The translations under genes were made by a program, and so were the position numbers. This document shows, one piece after another, positions 10,272 through 18,944 of a stretch of 64,000 nucleotides of DNA; within the stretch, counting starts at the first letter, position 1; the number at the start of each line of letters is the position of its first letter. Under the pieces are notes generated by a model that made no database searches, was not told the DNA's origin, and saw nothing but the letters and a program-made list of their open reading frames with translations. The stretch spans positions 6,731 through 70,730 of the forward strand of contig PMIJ01000092.1 of NCBI GenBank assembly GCA_003157015.1. The letters run 5' to 3'. The stretch comes from Bacteroidales bacterium (GTDB lineage Bacteria > Bacteroidota > Bacteroidia > Bacteroidales > VadinHA17).

Positions 10272-11456
10272 ATGATCCTTATGAAGAAAAAGAGAGTTGC
10301 TTTAGTTTTATTCCTAATAGCCCTTTCGGGAGCAACAATGATATTTTCACAGAGTTCCGGACAGCTGAACGCCATTCAGACAGTTGTTCCTTTCCTGACT
10401 ATCGCTCCTGATTCAAGAGCCGGAGCTATGGGGGATGCAGGAGTTGCTACATCACCTGATGTTTACAGCAATCACTGGAATCCAGCAAAGTATGCTTTTA
10501 TAGATGGAAATGCCGGATTGGGTATTTCTTATTCTCCCTGGCTCAGAAATCTTGTTCCGGATATAAATATTGCCTATCTGGCCGGTTATAAAAGAATTGA
10601 CTCCAAACAGGTTTTATCAGCAAGTCTTATTTACTCGTCACTGGGAGATGTACCATTTACCGATGAATTCGGAAACCTTCAGCGCACCTTTACTCCTAAT
10701 GAATTTGCAATTGATGCTGCCTATTCGAGGTTGTTCTCAGAACATTTTTCTGGAGGAATCGCATTCCGTTTCATCTATTCAAATTTAACAGGAGGCACTT
10801 ATTCCGGAGGAGTAGCAACTAAACCAGGTACTTCATTTGCGGCTGACATTTCAGGCTATTATCAGAAGAAGATAAGTGTATCCAGCAAAGACGGACAACT
10901 CGGTCTCGGTTTTAATTTCTCGAACATCGGAACAAAGATGAGTTATTCAACTTCACAGACTGCTGATTTCATTCCTATGAATATGCGTCTCGGTACTTCC
11001 GCCACTATTAATCTTGATCACTTTAATAAGATTACAGCGTCACTCGATCTAAATAAACTGCTTGTTCCCACTCCTCCTATTTACAGCAGCACAAATCCCG
11101 ACAGTATAATCAAAGGCAGAAATCCGAATGTATCAGTCCCGGTTGCAATATTTCAGTCATTTTTCGATGCTCCCGGCGGCTTCAAGGAGGAAATGCATGA
11201 AATTACCTATTCTTTCGGTCTCGAATATTGGTATAATAATCAGTTTGCTATCAGGGGTGGCTATTTTTATGAAGATCCAACCAAAGGCAACCGTAAATAC
11301 TTCACTGCCGGTGCAGGTTTCAGGCTGAAAGCATTTACTCTTGACTTCTCTTATCTCATGCCGGTTGCACAGAATAATCCTCTGGCGCACACTCTGCGGT
11401 TTTCCATCGCATTCGATTTCAATGCGTTGAGAAATGCCAACCGTTCAAAGGGATGA
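10272..11456 (+). CDS. porV: Type IX secretion outer membrane channel/shuttle protein PorV (LptO)
   Basis: It has a signal peptide and the N-terminal TVVPFLTIAPDSRAGAMGDAGVATSPD string characteristic of PorV. It is a beta-barrel-like protein of about 390 aa that directly follows porU. Confidence 0.8.
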   Translation: MILMKKKRVALVLFLIALSGATMIFSQSSGQLNAIQTVVPFLTIAPDSRAGAMGDAGVATSPDVYSNHWNPAKYAFIDGNAGLGISYSPWLRNLVPDINIAYLAGYKRIDSKQVLSASLIYSSLGDVPFTDEFGNLQRTFTPNEFAIDAAYSRLFSEHFSGGIAFRFIYSNLTGGTYSGGVATKPGTSFAADISGYYQKKISVSSKDGQLGLGFNFSNIGTKMSYSTSQTADFIPMNMRLGTSATINLDHFNKITASLDLNKLLVPTPPIYSSTNPDSIIKGRNPNVSVPVAIFQSFFDAPGGFKEEMHEITYSFGLEYWYNNQFAIRGGYFYEDPTKGNRKYFTAGAGFRLKAFTLDFSYLMPVAQNNPLAHTLRFSIAFDFNALRNANRSKG

Positions 11457-11929
11457 ACATCAGAATAGGGCAGGGAATTGATTTTCACCAGCTAAAAGCA
11501 GGTTTGGATTTATGGCTCGGAGGTGTCAGGGTACCTTCTGGCAAAGGGTGCGTGGCACACTCCGACGGTGATGTTCTCCTCCACGCAATATGCGATGCCC
11601 TTCTGGGAGCAGCCGGGTTGAAAGATATCGGATATTATTTTCCTGATACAGACAATAAATACAAAAATATAGACAGTAAAATATTACTGAAGAATACGTT
11701 TGCCCTGGTAAGCCAGAAAGGTTACAGAGTGAATAATATTGATGCAACAATATGCCTGGAGAAACCTAAAATATCTCCATTTGTTGAGGAAATGAAAAAA
11801 GCTATATCAGCAATTGTTGAAATACAGCCTGATGATGTAGCTGTCAAAGCCACCACTACAGAAAAGCTCGGATTCATTGGAGATGAGGATGGAATTGCAG
11901 CAATAGCCGTAGTTTTAATCTCAAAATAA
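11453..11929 (+). CDS. ispF: 2-C-methyl-D-erythritol 2,4-cyclodiphosphate synthase
   Basis: IGQGIDFHQL...HSDGDVLLHAICDALLGA motifs are present and the length is 158 aa. It shares an ATGA start/stop overlap with porV. Confidence 0.9.
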   Translation: MNIRIGQGIDFHQLKAGLDLWLGGVRVPSGKGCVAHSDGDVLLHAICDALLGAAGLKDIGYYFPDTDNKYKNIDSKILLKNTFALVSQKGYRVNNIDATICLEKPKISPFVEEMKKAISAIVEIQPDDVAVKATTTEKLGFIGDEDGIAAIAVVLISK

Positions 11930-11935
11930 AGAACA

Positions 11936-12013
11936 TACACTGAGTTTCACTAAATAAAATACTCCCTTCCACTGTGACTCTCTATGTTTCACTCCCTGAT
12001 TCGCAGTGTAACC
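11936..12013. repeat. Intergenic copy of the same word family (CACTGAG / CACTGTG / CAGTGTAAC) between convergent ispF and hutU
   Basis: TACACTGAGTTTCACT... ...GCAGTGTAACC. CACTGAGTT(T/A)CACT is shared with the reverse complement of 44754-44770. Confidence 0.35.
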
Positions 12014-12038
12014 AGTATCTATACATTATCGAAAGTTC

Positions 12039-14054
12039 TTATCCTTGCAATAAAACATTATCGATTAATTTATCATCTGCTATATATGGTATCGTCACTT
12101 TAAGACCAGGAGTTCTCTCCATTTCTCTTTTAAGAGTAAAGATGGCTTCCGTGTTCCGTGCCCAGCTTCTGCGTGAAATACCGTTACTGACATCCCAATG
12201 AAGCATCATACGTAGTTTCTCTTCAGTCTCTGGAGTGCCATCAAGTACCATTCCGAATCCACCGTTAATTACTTCACCCCATCCCACTCCGCCTCCGTTG
12301 TGCAGCGATACCCATGTTGCACCACGGAATGAATCGCCTATAACATTCTGAACGGCCATATCAGCTGTGAATTTTGATCCGTCGCGGATATTTGAGGTTT
12401 CCCTGAAAGGCGAATCGGTGCCTGAAACATCATGATGATCCCTGCCGATCACCACCGGCGCTGAAATTACACCTTTTGATACTGCATAATTGAATGCTGA
12501 GGCAATTTCCATTCTCCCTTCAGCATCGGCGTACAGAATTCTTGCCTGCGAACCCACCACAAGTCTGTTTTTACCTGCTTCCTTAATCCATTGGATATTG
12601 TCGTTCATCTGCTGTTTTATCTGGTCAGGTGATTTTTCAATTAAATGACTGAGAGTATTAATGGCAATTCTGTCAGTAATTTCCAGATCGGAAGGTAGAT
12701 TGGAACAGCAGACCCATCTGAATGGTCCGAATCCGTAGTCGAAACACATTGGTCCCATAATATCCTGGACATATGAAGGATATCTGAACTCTCCATCCGG
12801 CTTTAATACATCTCCTCCTGCTCTCGAAGCTTCAAGAAGAAAGGCGTTTCCATAGTCAAAAAAATATGTACCCCTGGAAGTATGCCTTTTTATCGCCTCC
12901 ACCTGCCGCCTTAATGATTTTCTGACAACATCTTTAAACTTCTCGGGATTTTCCGACATCATTCTGTTTGATTCTTCAAAACTCAGTCCTGCAGGGTAAT
13001 AACCGCCTGACCATGGATTATGCAAAGATGTCTGGTCAGAACCCAGATCCACAAAAACATCTTCATCAGCAAATTTCTCCCAGAGGTCGACTATATTGCC
13101 CTCGTATGCTATGGAAATAACTGTTTTAGATATAATTACTTCTCTCACTCTTTTTACAAGACTGCTCAAATCTGAAAATACCTCATCGACCCACCCCTGT
13201 TCATGCCTTGTCCTGATAGCTTTCGTATTTACTTCAGCTATAACCGAAACTACACCGGCAATATAGGCAGCTTTAGGCTGTGCACCTGACATTCCTCCCA
13301 GACCTGAGGATACAAAAAGTTTGGCTTTTTGAGCAACACCGGGTTTACTGATCATCCTGGCAGCATTAAGAATGGTAATAGTCGTACCATGAACTATTCC
13401 CTGTGGTCCGATATACATATACGAACCTGCGGTCATCTGACCATATTGTGAAACTCCAAGAGCATTGAACTTTTCCCAGTGATCCTGCGAAGAATAATTT
13501 GGAATTACCATTCCATTGGTTACGACTGCCCTGGGTGCATCTTTGGGCGAAGGGAATAGTCCGAGGGGATGACCGGAATAGATCACAAGCGTCTGTTCAT
13601 CAGTCATCTCCGAGAGATATTTCATAGTCAAACGGTACTGAGCCCAGTTCTGAAAGACTGCTCCGTTTCCTCCATAAGTAATCAGTTCATGTGGGTGCTG
13701 GGCTACCGCAACATCGAGGTTATTTGAGATCATCATCATTATAGCCGCAGCGCTTCGTGAACGGTGAGGAAAATCGTCAATATGTCGGGCTTTAATCTCA
13801 TAATCAGGCCTGAACCGGTACATATATATTCTTCCAAAAGTCATAAGCTCGTCAGCAAATTCCCTGGCAAGAACATTATGGAATTTTTCAGGAAAATACC
13901 TCAGGGCATTCTTTATCGCGAGCCGCTTTTCAATATCATTAAGTATATCTTTTCTTTTTGGTGCGTGATTAATATTCCTGTCATATAATTTAATAGCAGG
14001 AAGTTCTGAAGGAATTCCCTCATTCACCATTTTCTTAAATTCAGCAGTGGTCAT
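12039..14054 (-). CDS. hutU: Urocanate hydratase
   Basis: This is a long HutU-type protein (GGMSGAQ, strong similarity along its length to urocanases). The ATG at 14052-14054 (MTTAEFKKMV) is preferred, because the listed 25-codon extension runs through a GC-rich nested hairpin. Confidence 0.85.
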   Translation of the reverse strand: MTTAEFKKMVNEGIPSELPAIKLYDRNINHAPKRKDILNDIEKRLAIKNALRYFPEKFHNVLAREFADELMTFGRIYMYRFRPDYEIKARHIDDFPHRSRSAAAIMMMISNNLDVAVAQHPHELITYGGNGAVFQNWAQYRLTMKYLSEMTDEQTLVIYSGHPLGLFPSPKDAPRAVVTNGMVIPNYSSQDHWEKFNALGVSQYGQMTAGSYMYIGPQGIVHGTTITILNAARMISKPGVAQKAKLFVSSGLGGMSGAQPKAAYIAGVVSVIAEVNTKAIRTRHEQGWVDEVFSDLSSLVKRVREVIISKTVISIAYEGNIVDLWEKFADEDVFVDLGSDQTSLHNPWSGGYYPAGLSFEESNRMMSENPEKFKDVVRKSLRRQVEAIKRHTSRGTYFFDYGNAFLLEASRAGGDVLKPDGEFRYPSYVQDIMGPMCFDYGFGPFRWVCCSNLPSDLEITDRIAINTLSHLIEKSPDQIKQQMNDNIQWIKEAGKNRLVVGSQARILYADAEGRMEIASAFNYAVSKGVISAPVVIGRDHHDVSGTDSPFRETSNIRDGSKFTADMAVQNVIGDSFRGATWVSLHNGGGVGWGEVINGGFGMVLDGTPETEEKLRMMLHWDVSNGISRRSWARNTEAIFTLKREMERTPGLKVTIPYIADDKLIDNVLLQG

Positions 14055-14196
14055 AAAGTAAAATTGTGAATTATTATGTAAAGTTAGGATTTTCCGGGAA
14101 TGTAAACCCCCTATGCCGCTTCGCGGCATCTCCTCTAAGGGGGCGAATTAATCCGTCCATTTAGTGTAAATGTACTTATAAGAAGATTTTTCATCC

Positions 14197-14220
14197 ACCT
14201 TGGGAGGAGTACCCCAAGGT
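14197..14220 (-). terminator. GC-rich hairpin downstream of the Nif3/Zn-ribbon operon
   Basis: ACCTTGGG-(8 nt)-CCCAAGGT lies 97 nt after the Zn-ribbon gene stop. There is no T-tract. Confidence 0.3.
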
Positions 14221-14316
14221 CATGGGGGATTCAATGCAGCGGAAAATAGGAGTAGATATTATCAATAAAAAACAGGACTTTTGAGACACCCTCTTTTTCT
14301 ATTTTATATCGGTAAT

Positions 14317-15081
14317 TTACAAGTGACCTTCTTTTATGATTTCATCGTCAACAAGAATTCGACCGCAATATTCACATACAATAATCTTCTTTCTTGATTT
14401 AATGTCAAGTTGTCTCTGAGGGGGAATCTGATTAAAGCAACCTCCACACGCATCCCTCTGCACCGGAACTACAGCAAGTCCGTTTCTGGCATTGGACCGT
14501 ATCCTTTTGTAAGCGGTAAGCAACCTTTCTTCAATAATGGCTTCAACTTTTTCAGATTTTTTGTAAAGCCCTTCTTCCTCTTTCTGAGTATCGGAAATAA
14601 TCTCATCGAGCTCTGATTTTTTATTCTCCAGATCGCTTTTCCGGTCAGCAAAAGTAGCTTCGGAGTCGGCAATAACCAATTTTTTTTCTTCAATAAGAAA
14701 ATTGAACTCCTTAATTTTTTTATTGAATAGTTCTATCTCAAGGTTCTGATATTCAATTTCTTTCGACAGAGAATCAAATTCACGGTTATTGCGAACATTT
14801 TTTTGCTGCTCTTCATATTTTTTTATGAGGCCTTCAGCATCTGTTATCTCATTATTCTTTTTTACCACTGATTTTTCAAGGTTTTCAACCTCTTCTTTCA
14901 GATTTCCCAACCTTGTCTCCAGTCCAGCAATCTCATCTTCAAGATCCTGCACTTCCAGAGGTAATTCGCCTCTGAGCGTCTTAATTTTATCTATTTCTGA
15001 ATCAACTAATTGTAAACCATATAATGCTCTTAATCTCTCTTCGACAGAAATTTCGGACTCATGTAATTTTGCTTTTTCCAT
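14317..15081 (-). CDS. Coiled-coil protein with C-terminal C4 zinc ribbon (COG1579/DUF164-type)
   Basis: A long Glu/Lys-rich coiled coil is followed by CGGC...CEYCGRIL. It follows the Nif3 gene after a 2-nt gap, which is a common pairing. Confidence 0.7.
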   Translation of the reverse strand: MEKAKLHESEISVEERLRALYGLQLVDSEIDKIKTLRGELPLEVQDLEDEIAGLETRLGNLKEEVENLEKSVVKKNNEITDAEGLIKKYEEQQKNVRNNREFDSLSKEIEYQNLEIELFNKKIKEFNFLIEEKKLVIADSEATFADRKSDLENKKSELDEIISDTQKEEEGLYKKSEKVEAIIEERLLTAYKRIRSNARNGLAVVPVQRDACGGCFNQIPPQRQLDIKSRKKIIVCEYCGRILVDDEIIKEGHL

Positions 15082-15083
15082 AT

Positions 15084-16178
15084 TTAAAAATAATTTATCG
15101 GATTCGTATTTGTTTCTGAAAACCGGATTGCAAATTTAGGGAATTTTTTAATAAGTAAGTCTTTTAATATTTCGCTTGAGAATTTTTCAGTTTCAAAATG
15201 CCCTGCATCCACAAGCAGAATCTGATTCTCCGCATCAAAAAAATCGTGGTATTTAAGATCAGACGTCAAAAATACATCTGCGCCTGCATTAATTGCCACT
15301 TTAAGCAGCGATGCTCCCGCGCCGCCACAAAGAGCGATTTTTTTAACCTGTTTCCCTGTCAGATTAGAATACCTTATACCTTTTGCATCAAATACTGAAT
15401 ACACGAGTCTCAAAAAATCGTTTTCAGAAAGAGGGTCAGTCATTTCTCCTATGCATCCCAGACCGGTCACGGAATTTTTATTTTCAAGTGAGAAAAGATC
15501 ATATGCTACCTCCTCATAAGGATGAGCCTCAAGAAGAGCCTTTATTACTTGATCTTTAAGATGATAAAACAGTATTGTTTCAAATCGCGTCTCATTTTCA
15601 AAATGAATCTCCCCCTTCTGGCCTCTGAATGGATTTGTCATTTCACCGGCTCTGAAACTGCCTGTTCCGGAAGAAGCGAAACCACATTGATCGTAATTGC
15701 CAATAACACCTGCTCCGGCATCAAAAAGTGCGTTTCTTACTGCTTCAAGATGAGTTTCAGGAATATAGGTAACGAGCTTTAATAATTTGTCCGAGGAGGG
15801 CACCAGAACATTAATCTTTTGCAAACCAATTTTTTCTGCCATCTTCCTGGTTACTCCGTTGCTGAATATATCGAGGTTGGTGTGAGCAGAATAGACTGCC
15901 ACGTCGTTTTTTACAGCTTCATAAAGAATCCTTTCTGTAACTGAACTGCATGTCAGATGTTTTACCGGGTGGAAAATAAGAGGATGATGTGAGATCACCA
16001 CATCGCATTTATTGGAAATGGCCTCATTCAATACCTCCTCAGTGACATCAAGTGTAATTATTGCTGAAGAAATGTTTCTTTCAGGCAAGCCTACCTGCAG
16101 CCCTGAATTATCATATCCTTCCTGGAGTGAAAGTGGAACTGCTGAATCGAGATATGAAGTAAGATCTTTAAGTTTCAT
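15084..16178 (-). CDS. Nif3-like dinuclear metal centre protein (GTP cyclohydrolase 1 type 2 homologue)
   Basis: It is 364 aa with an N-terminal NIF3 pattern (DNSGLQVG, VISHHPLIF, YSAHTNLD) and C-terminal DAGHFETE. Confidence 0.8.
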   Translation of the reverse strand: MKLKDLTSYLDSAVPLSLQEGYDNSGLQVGLPERNISSAIITLDVTEEVLNEAISNKCDVVISHHPLIFHPVKHLTCSSVTERILYEAVKNDVAVYSAHTNLDIFSNGVTRKMAEKIGLQKINVLVPSSDKLLKLVTYIPETHLEAVRNALFDAGAGVIGNYDQCGFASSGTGSFRAGEMTNPFRGQKGEIHFENETRFETILFYHLKDQVIKALLEAHPYEEVAYDLFSLENKNSVTGLGCIGEMTDPLSENDFLRLVYSVFDAKGIRYSNLTGKQVKKIALCGGAGASLLKVAINAGADVFLTSDLKYHDFFDAENQILLVDAGHFETEKFSSEILKDLLIKKFPKFAIRFSETNTNPINYF

Positions 16179-16190
16179 TATATTCTCCTT

Positions 16191-16372
16191 TGTGATCCTC
16201 TGTGAACGGCGAAGCCCTCGACGAAATCAATCCTCTGTGATTCTCTGTGTAAGTTTTTTTTGCCTCTCCCTAAATCCCTCCCCCAGGTGGGAGGGACTTA
16301 AATCTCAATTTTAGCCTCACCCCATTCTGTCTTGGGGAAGGGGGAAAGAGGCCCCAGAGAACCACAGAGATC
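16191..16372. repeat. Intergenic element: CTCTGTG/CACAGAG word repeats in inverted orientation flanking two GC-rich hairpins (MITE-like or structured RNA)
   Basis: CCTCTGTGA occurs at 16197 and 16232, and TTCTCTGTG at 16241. The inverse CAGAGAACCACAGAGA lies at 16356-16371, matching 15 of 18 nt with 16232-16249. Internal hairpins are TCCCTCCC-CCAGGT-GGGAGGGA (16275-16296) and GCCTC...GAGGC (16314-16352). Confidence 0.5.
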
Positions 16373-16374
16373 TT

Positions 16375-16710
16375 CTATATATTATCTTTTATATCGAGAA
16401 GCATTGATTTAATTTTCTGAAGCGATTCGGTGATCTCATATTTATAATCCGTTTCTTCCCACTTTTCAGACAGTTTCTTTTTGGCGCCGGAGAGAGTCAT
16501 CCCCTCTTCTTTAACAAGATGATGAAGTATTTTAAGGTTTTTAATATCAACTGGTGTAAATAGCCTGTTGCCTTTCTTATTTTTCATAGGTTTTAGAATA
16601 TCGAACTCATTCTCCCAGAAACGAATCGTAGAGACCGGCACTTCAAGCATTTCAGCCACCTCACCTATAGAATAATAGAGCTTTTCGATTTTTTTTTCTT
16701 TGTAAGGCAT
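16375..16710 (-). CDS. MerR-family transcriptional regulator
   Basis: YSIGEVAEMLEVPVSTIRFWENEF is a MerR-type HTH, and the protein is 111 aa. Confidence 0.8.
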   Translation of the reverse strand: MPYKEKKIEKLYYSIGEVAEMLEVPVSTIRFWENEFDILKPMKNKKGNRLFTPVDIKNLKILHHLVKEEGMTLSGAKKKLSEKWEETDYKYEITESLQKIKSMLLDIKDNI

Positions 16711-16805
16711 ACCATTTTAATTAAATTGAATTCTTCCTTAAGATAACACTTTATCTGATAATAGTATAGACGTCAGCGACGTATTATGATAAAGAGAAAA
16801 AAATC

Positions 16806-17786
16806 CTAATCAAAAGACTGCCCGGTCTTGGATGCTATTTCAACCAATTTTTCATATTGTGCCGAGCTGAGATCTTCAAAATAGTAATTTACCGGATCAA
16901 CATTTACACCATTCAGTTTGATCTCATAATGAAGGTGGTTGGCAACCGACATTCCTGTATTCCCGACAAAACCTATAACTTCTCCCCGCTGAACCTTCTG
17001 ACCAACTCTAACATTGAAATCGCTCAGATGTGCATATATACTGGTATATCCGAAACCATGATCGATAACTATATTTTTGCCAAGACCTCTCTGTGATGAT
17101 AATACGTCGATAACCTTCCCATCGCCTGTAGCATATACTTCAGTTCCAAGCGGAGCAGTGAAGTCCATCCCGTAATGAAATTTACTGATCTTATAATAAG
17201 GATGAATTCTCCATCCGAATCCCGAAGCTGTTCTTGTCAGATCCTTGTTGGATATTGGAATAATTGCAGGAATGGACTTAAGCATCTCTTCCTTATTCGC
17301 AGCCAGTCTAATTAGGTTGTCGAATGATTTTGATTGAACATAAATTTTTTTCCGTATCTTATCAAGCCGGGTTGCTGTTTCAATAGCAAGGTTGGAATTA
17401 CTATAACCTTCAAGAGCTTCATATCGGTTTACACCTCCGATACCTCCTTCCCTCTGTGCAGAAGGAATCGGTTCAGCATCAAAAATGGTTCTATATAAAT
17501 TATCATCGGTTTTTTGAAGATCTTCGAGTACACTTTCAACATTTGCCATCTCTCTGTGTATAAGATCGTACTGAATTGTCATCTGCTCGACTTCCCTTTT
17601 AAGGGCTTTTTCTTTTGGAGAATCGAAGAAAGCTGCATAAATAACCCAGTAAATTAAAGCAATAAAGAGGGAGCCGACAAAATAAGCTAAAAACCTGAGC
17701 AATATGGCCTTCAACCCAAGTCTTATTTTATCAAAACTCAAAGAATCCGGATCAAATTTATATTTTTCTGGTGTCATAATGTGCAA
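16806..17786 (-). CDS. M23 (LytM-type) metallopeptidase, membrane anchored
   Basis: An N-terminal TM helix and coiled coil are followed by M23 motifs (HYGMDF, GDGKV, HLHYE). Confidence 0.85.
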   Translation of the reverse strand: MHIMTPEKYKFDPDSLSFDKIRLGLKAILLRFLAYFVGSLFIALIYWVIYAAFFDSPKEKALKREVEQMTIQYDLIHREMANVESVLEDLQKTDDNLYRTIFDAEPIPSAQREGGIGGVNRYEALEGYSNSNLAIETATRLDKIRKKIYVQSKSFDNLIRLAANKEEMLKSIPAIIPISNKDLTRTASGFGWRIHPYYKISKFHYGMDFTAPLGTEVYATGDGKVIDVLSSQRGLGKNIVIDHGFGYTSIYAHLSDFNVRVGQKVQRGEVIGFVGNTGMSVANHLHYEIKLNGVNVDPVNYYFEDLSSAQYEKLVEIASKTGQSFD

Positions 17787-17863
17787 AGATAATCAAATCT
17801 GAAAAAACAAGAAACTCAATTTCCAGGTTGGACATTAAGATGCTTTTTTTAACGGGGAGGAAA

Positions 17864-18835
17864 TTACCTGAGCTTTGATTTGGATTCGAATGCCTGGATC
17901 ATATCCTTATATTCTTCAACACTGACATCACTATTAAAGAAATTAACAGGATTCTTATGCGTTCCGAATTGTTCGACCTGGTAATGGAGATGAGGTCCTG
18001 AGGATAAACCGCTGCTTCCGCTAATTCCTATCAGGTCACCTCTTTTAACGTTCTGTCCATTGGCAATTTTTATATCACTCAGATGTCCGTATACAGTTTG
18101 AAGGCCGTAGCCATGATCGATAACTATACAATTTCCAAATCCGCCGGTGTTCCATCCCGATTCAATAACTTTACCATCGCCGGTGGCATATACCTCCGTA
18201 CCATAAGGAACTTCGAAATCCTGGCCGTTATGCATTCTCGGTGTACCTAATACAGGGTGTATTGTCCTCCACCTGTATCCGTCTCCTAGTCTGAAGTTTA
18301 CACTTACCGGACTTATCCCCGGAAAATGATCCATCTCCCGTTTCCATTCGGCTGACATTTCTGCAATGGAACTAAAAGATTCCTTTTGCACTGTTGCCCT
18401 TACCTTTATTTCATCAATTTTTGATTTGAACTCAATAAGCAGATCTGAATTCAGAAATCCTTTCAGATCACTGTACCGGTCAACCCCTCCGAATCCGGCT
18501 CTTCTGTACGATTCAGGAACACTATCCATATCAAGAATAGGCCTGTAGCGACTATCATCAGAAAGTCTGAAACTATTCAGAGCGGCAATGGAATTGTCCA
18601 GTTCTTTACCTATCAGTGTATATTGGAGCTTCAGGTTTTCAACCTGTTGACTCAGCAATTTCTCCTTTGGAGAACCAAACATGTTCTCAATAAATGTACC
18701 ATAAATGGCAGCCAGAACAAGCGATACAGAAAACCATAAAAGGAAATGCAATATTTTCTTCTTAAATGGAAGCCTGATCTGCTTATACTGCAAATCGGAC
18801 AAGTCAAGAATGTATTTCCGGTTTCTAGACAACAA
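17864..18835 (-). CDS. M23 (LytM-type) metallopeptidase, membrane anchored; paralogue of the downstream gene
   Basis: It has the same layout as 16806-17786 (F.SPKEK...Q...LQY.LI; HNGQDF, GDGKV, HLHYQ). Confidence 0.85.
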   Translation of the reverse strand: MLSRNRKYILDLSDLQYKQIRLPFKKKILHFLLWFSVSLVLAAIYGTFIENMFGSPKEKLLSQQVENLKLQYTLIGKELDNSIAALNSFRLSDDSRYRPILDMDSVPESYRRAGFGGVDRYSDLKGFLNSDLLIEFKSKIDEIKVRATVQKESFSSIAEMSAEWKREMDHFPGISPVSVNFRLGDGYRWRTIHPVLGTPRMHNGQDFEVPYGTEVYATGDGKVIESGWNTGGFGNCIVIDHGYGLQTVYGHLSDIKIANGQNVKRGDLIGISGSSGLSSGPHLHYQVEQFGTHKNPVNFFNSDVSVEEYKDMIQAFESKSKLR

Positions 18836-18904
18836 ACAGAGGTTTTTTCAAATTTTATTCTGCAATATGATAAATATTAAGCAAATAATCTAATTTTAAA
18901 CCCC

Positions 18905-18912
18905 TAAATTTG
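18905..18912 (+). promoter_or_regulatory. Bacteroidetes-type -7 box upstream of alaS
   Basis: TAAATTTG lies 32 nt upstream of ATG 18945. Confidence 0.35.
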
Positions 18913-18944
18913 ACGAATATTCATTTAAAATATTTTTCTCTGAG

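Noticed and set aside
11453-11456. ATGA overlap coupling porV to ispF
   Set aside because: It is most simply explained by compact gene packing. I know of no functional link between isoprenoid synthesis and the T9SS, and I cannot test conservation here.
14055-14129. N-terminal 25-codon extension of the listed hutU ORF
   Set aside because: It translates through a nested GC-rich hairpin (PRSGIGG) with atypical composition. The urocanase similarity begins at MTTAEFKK.
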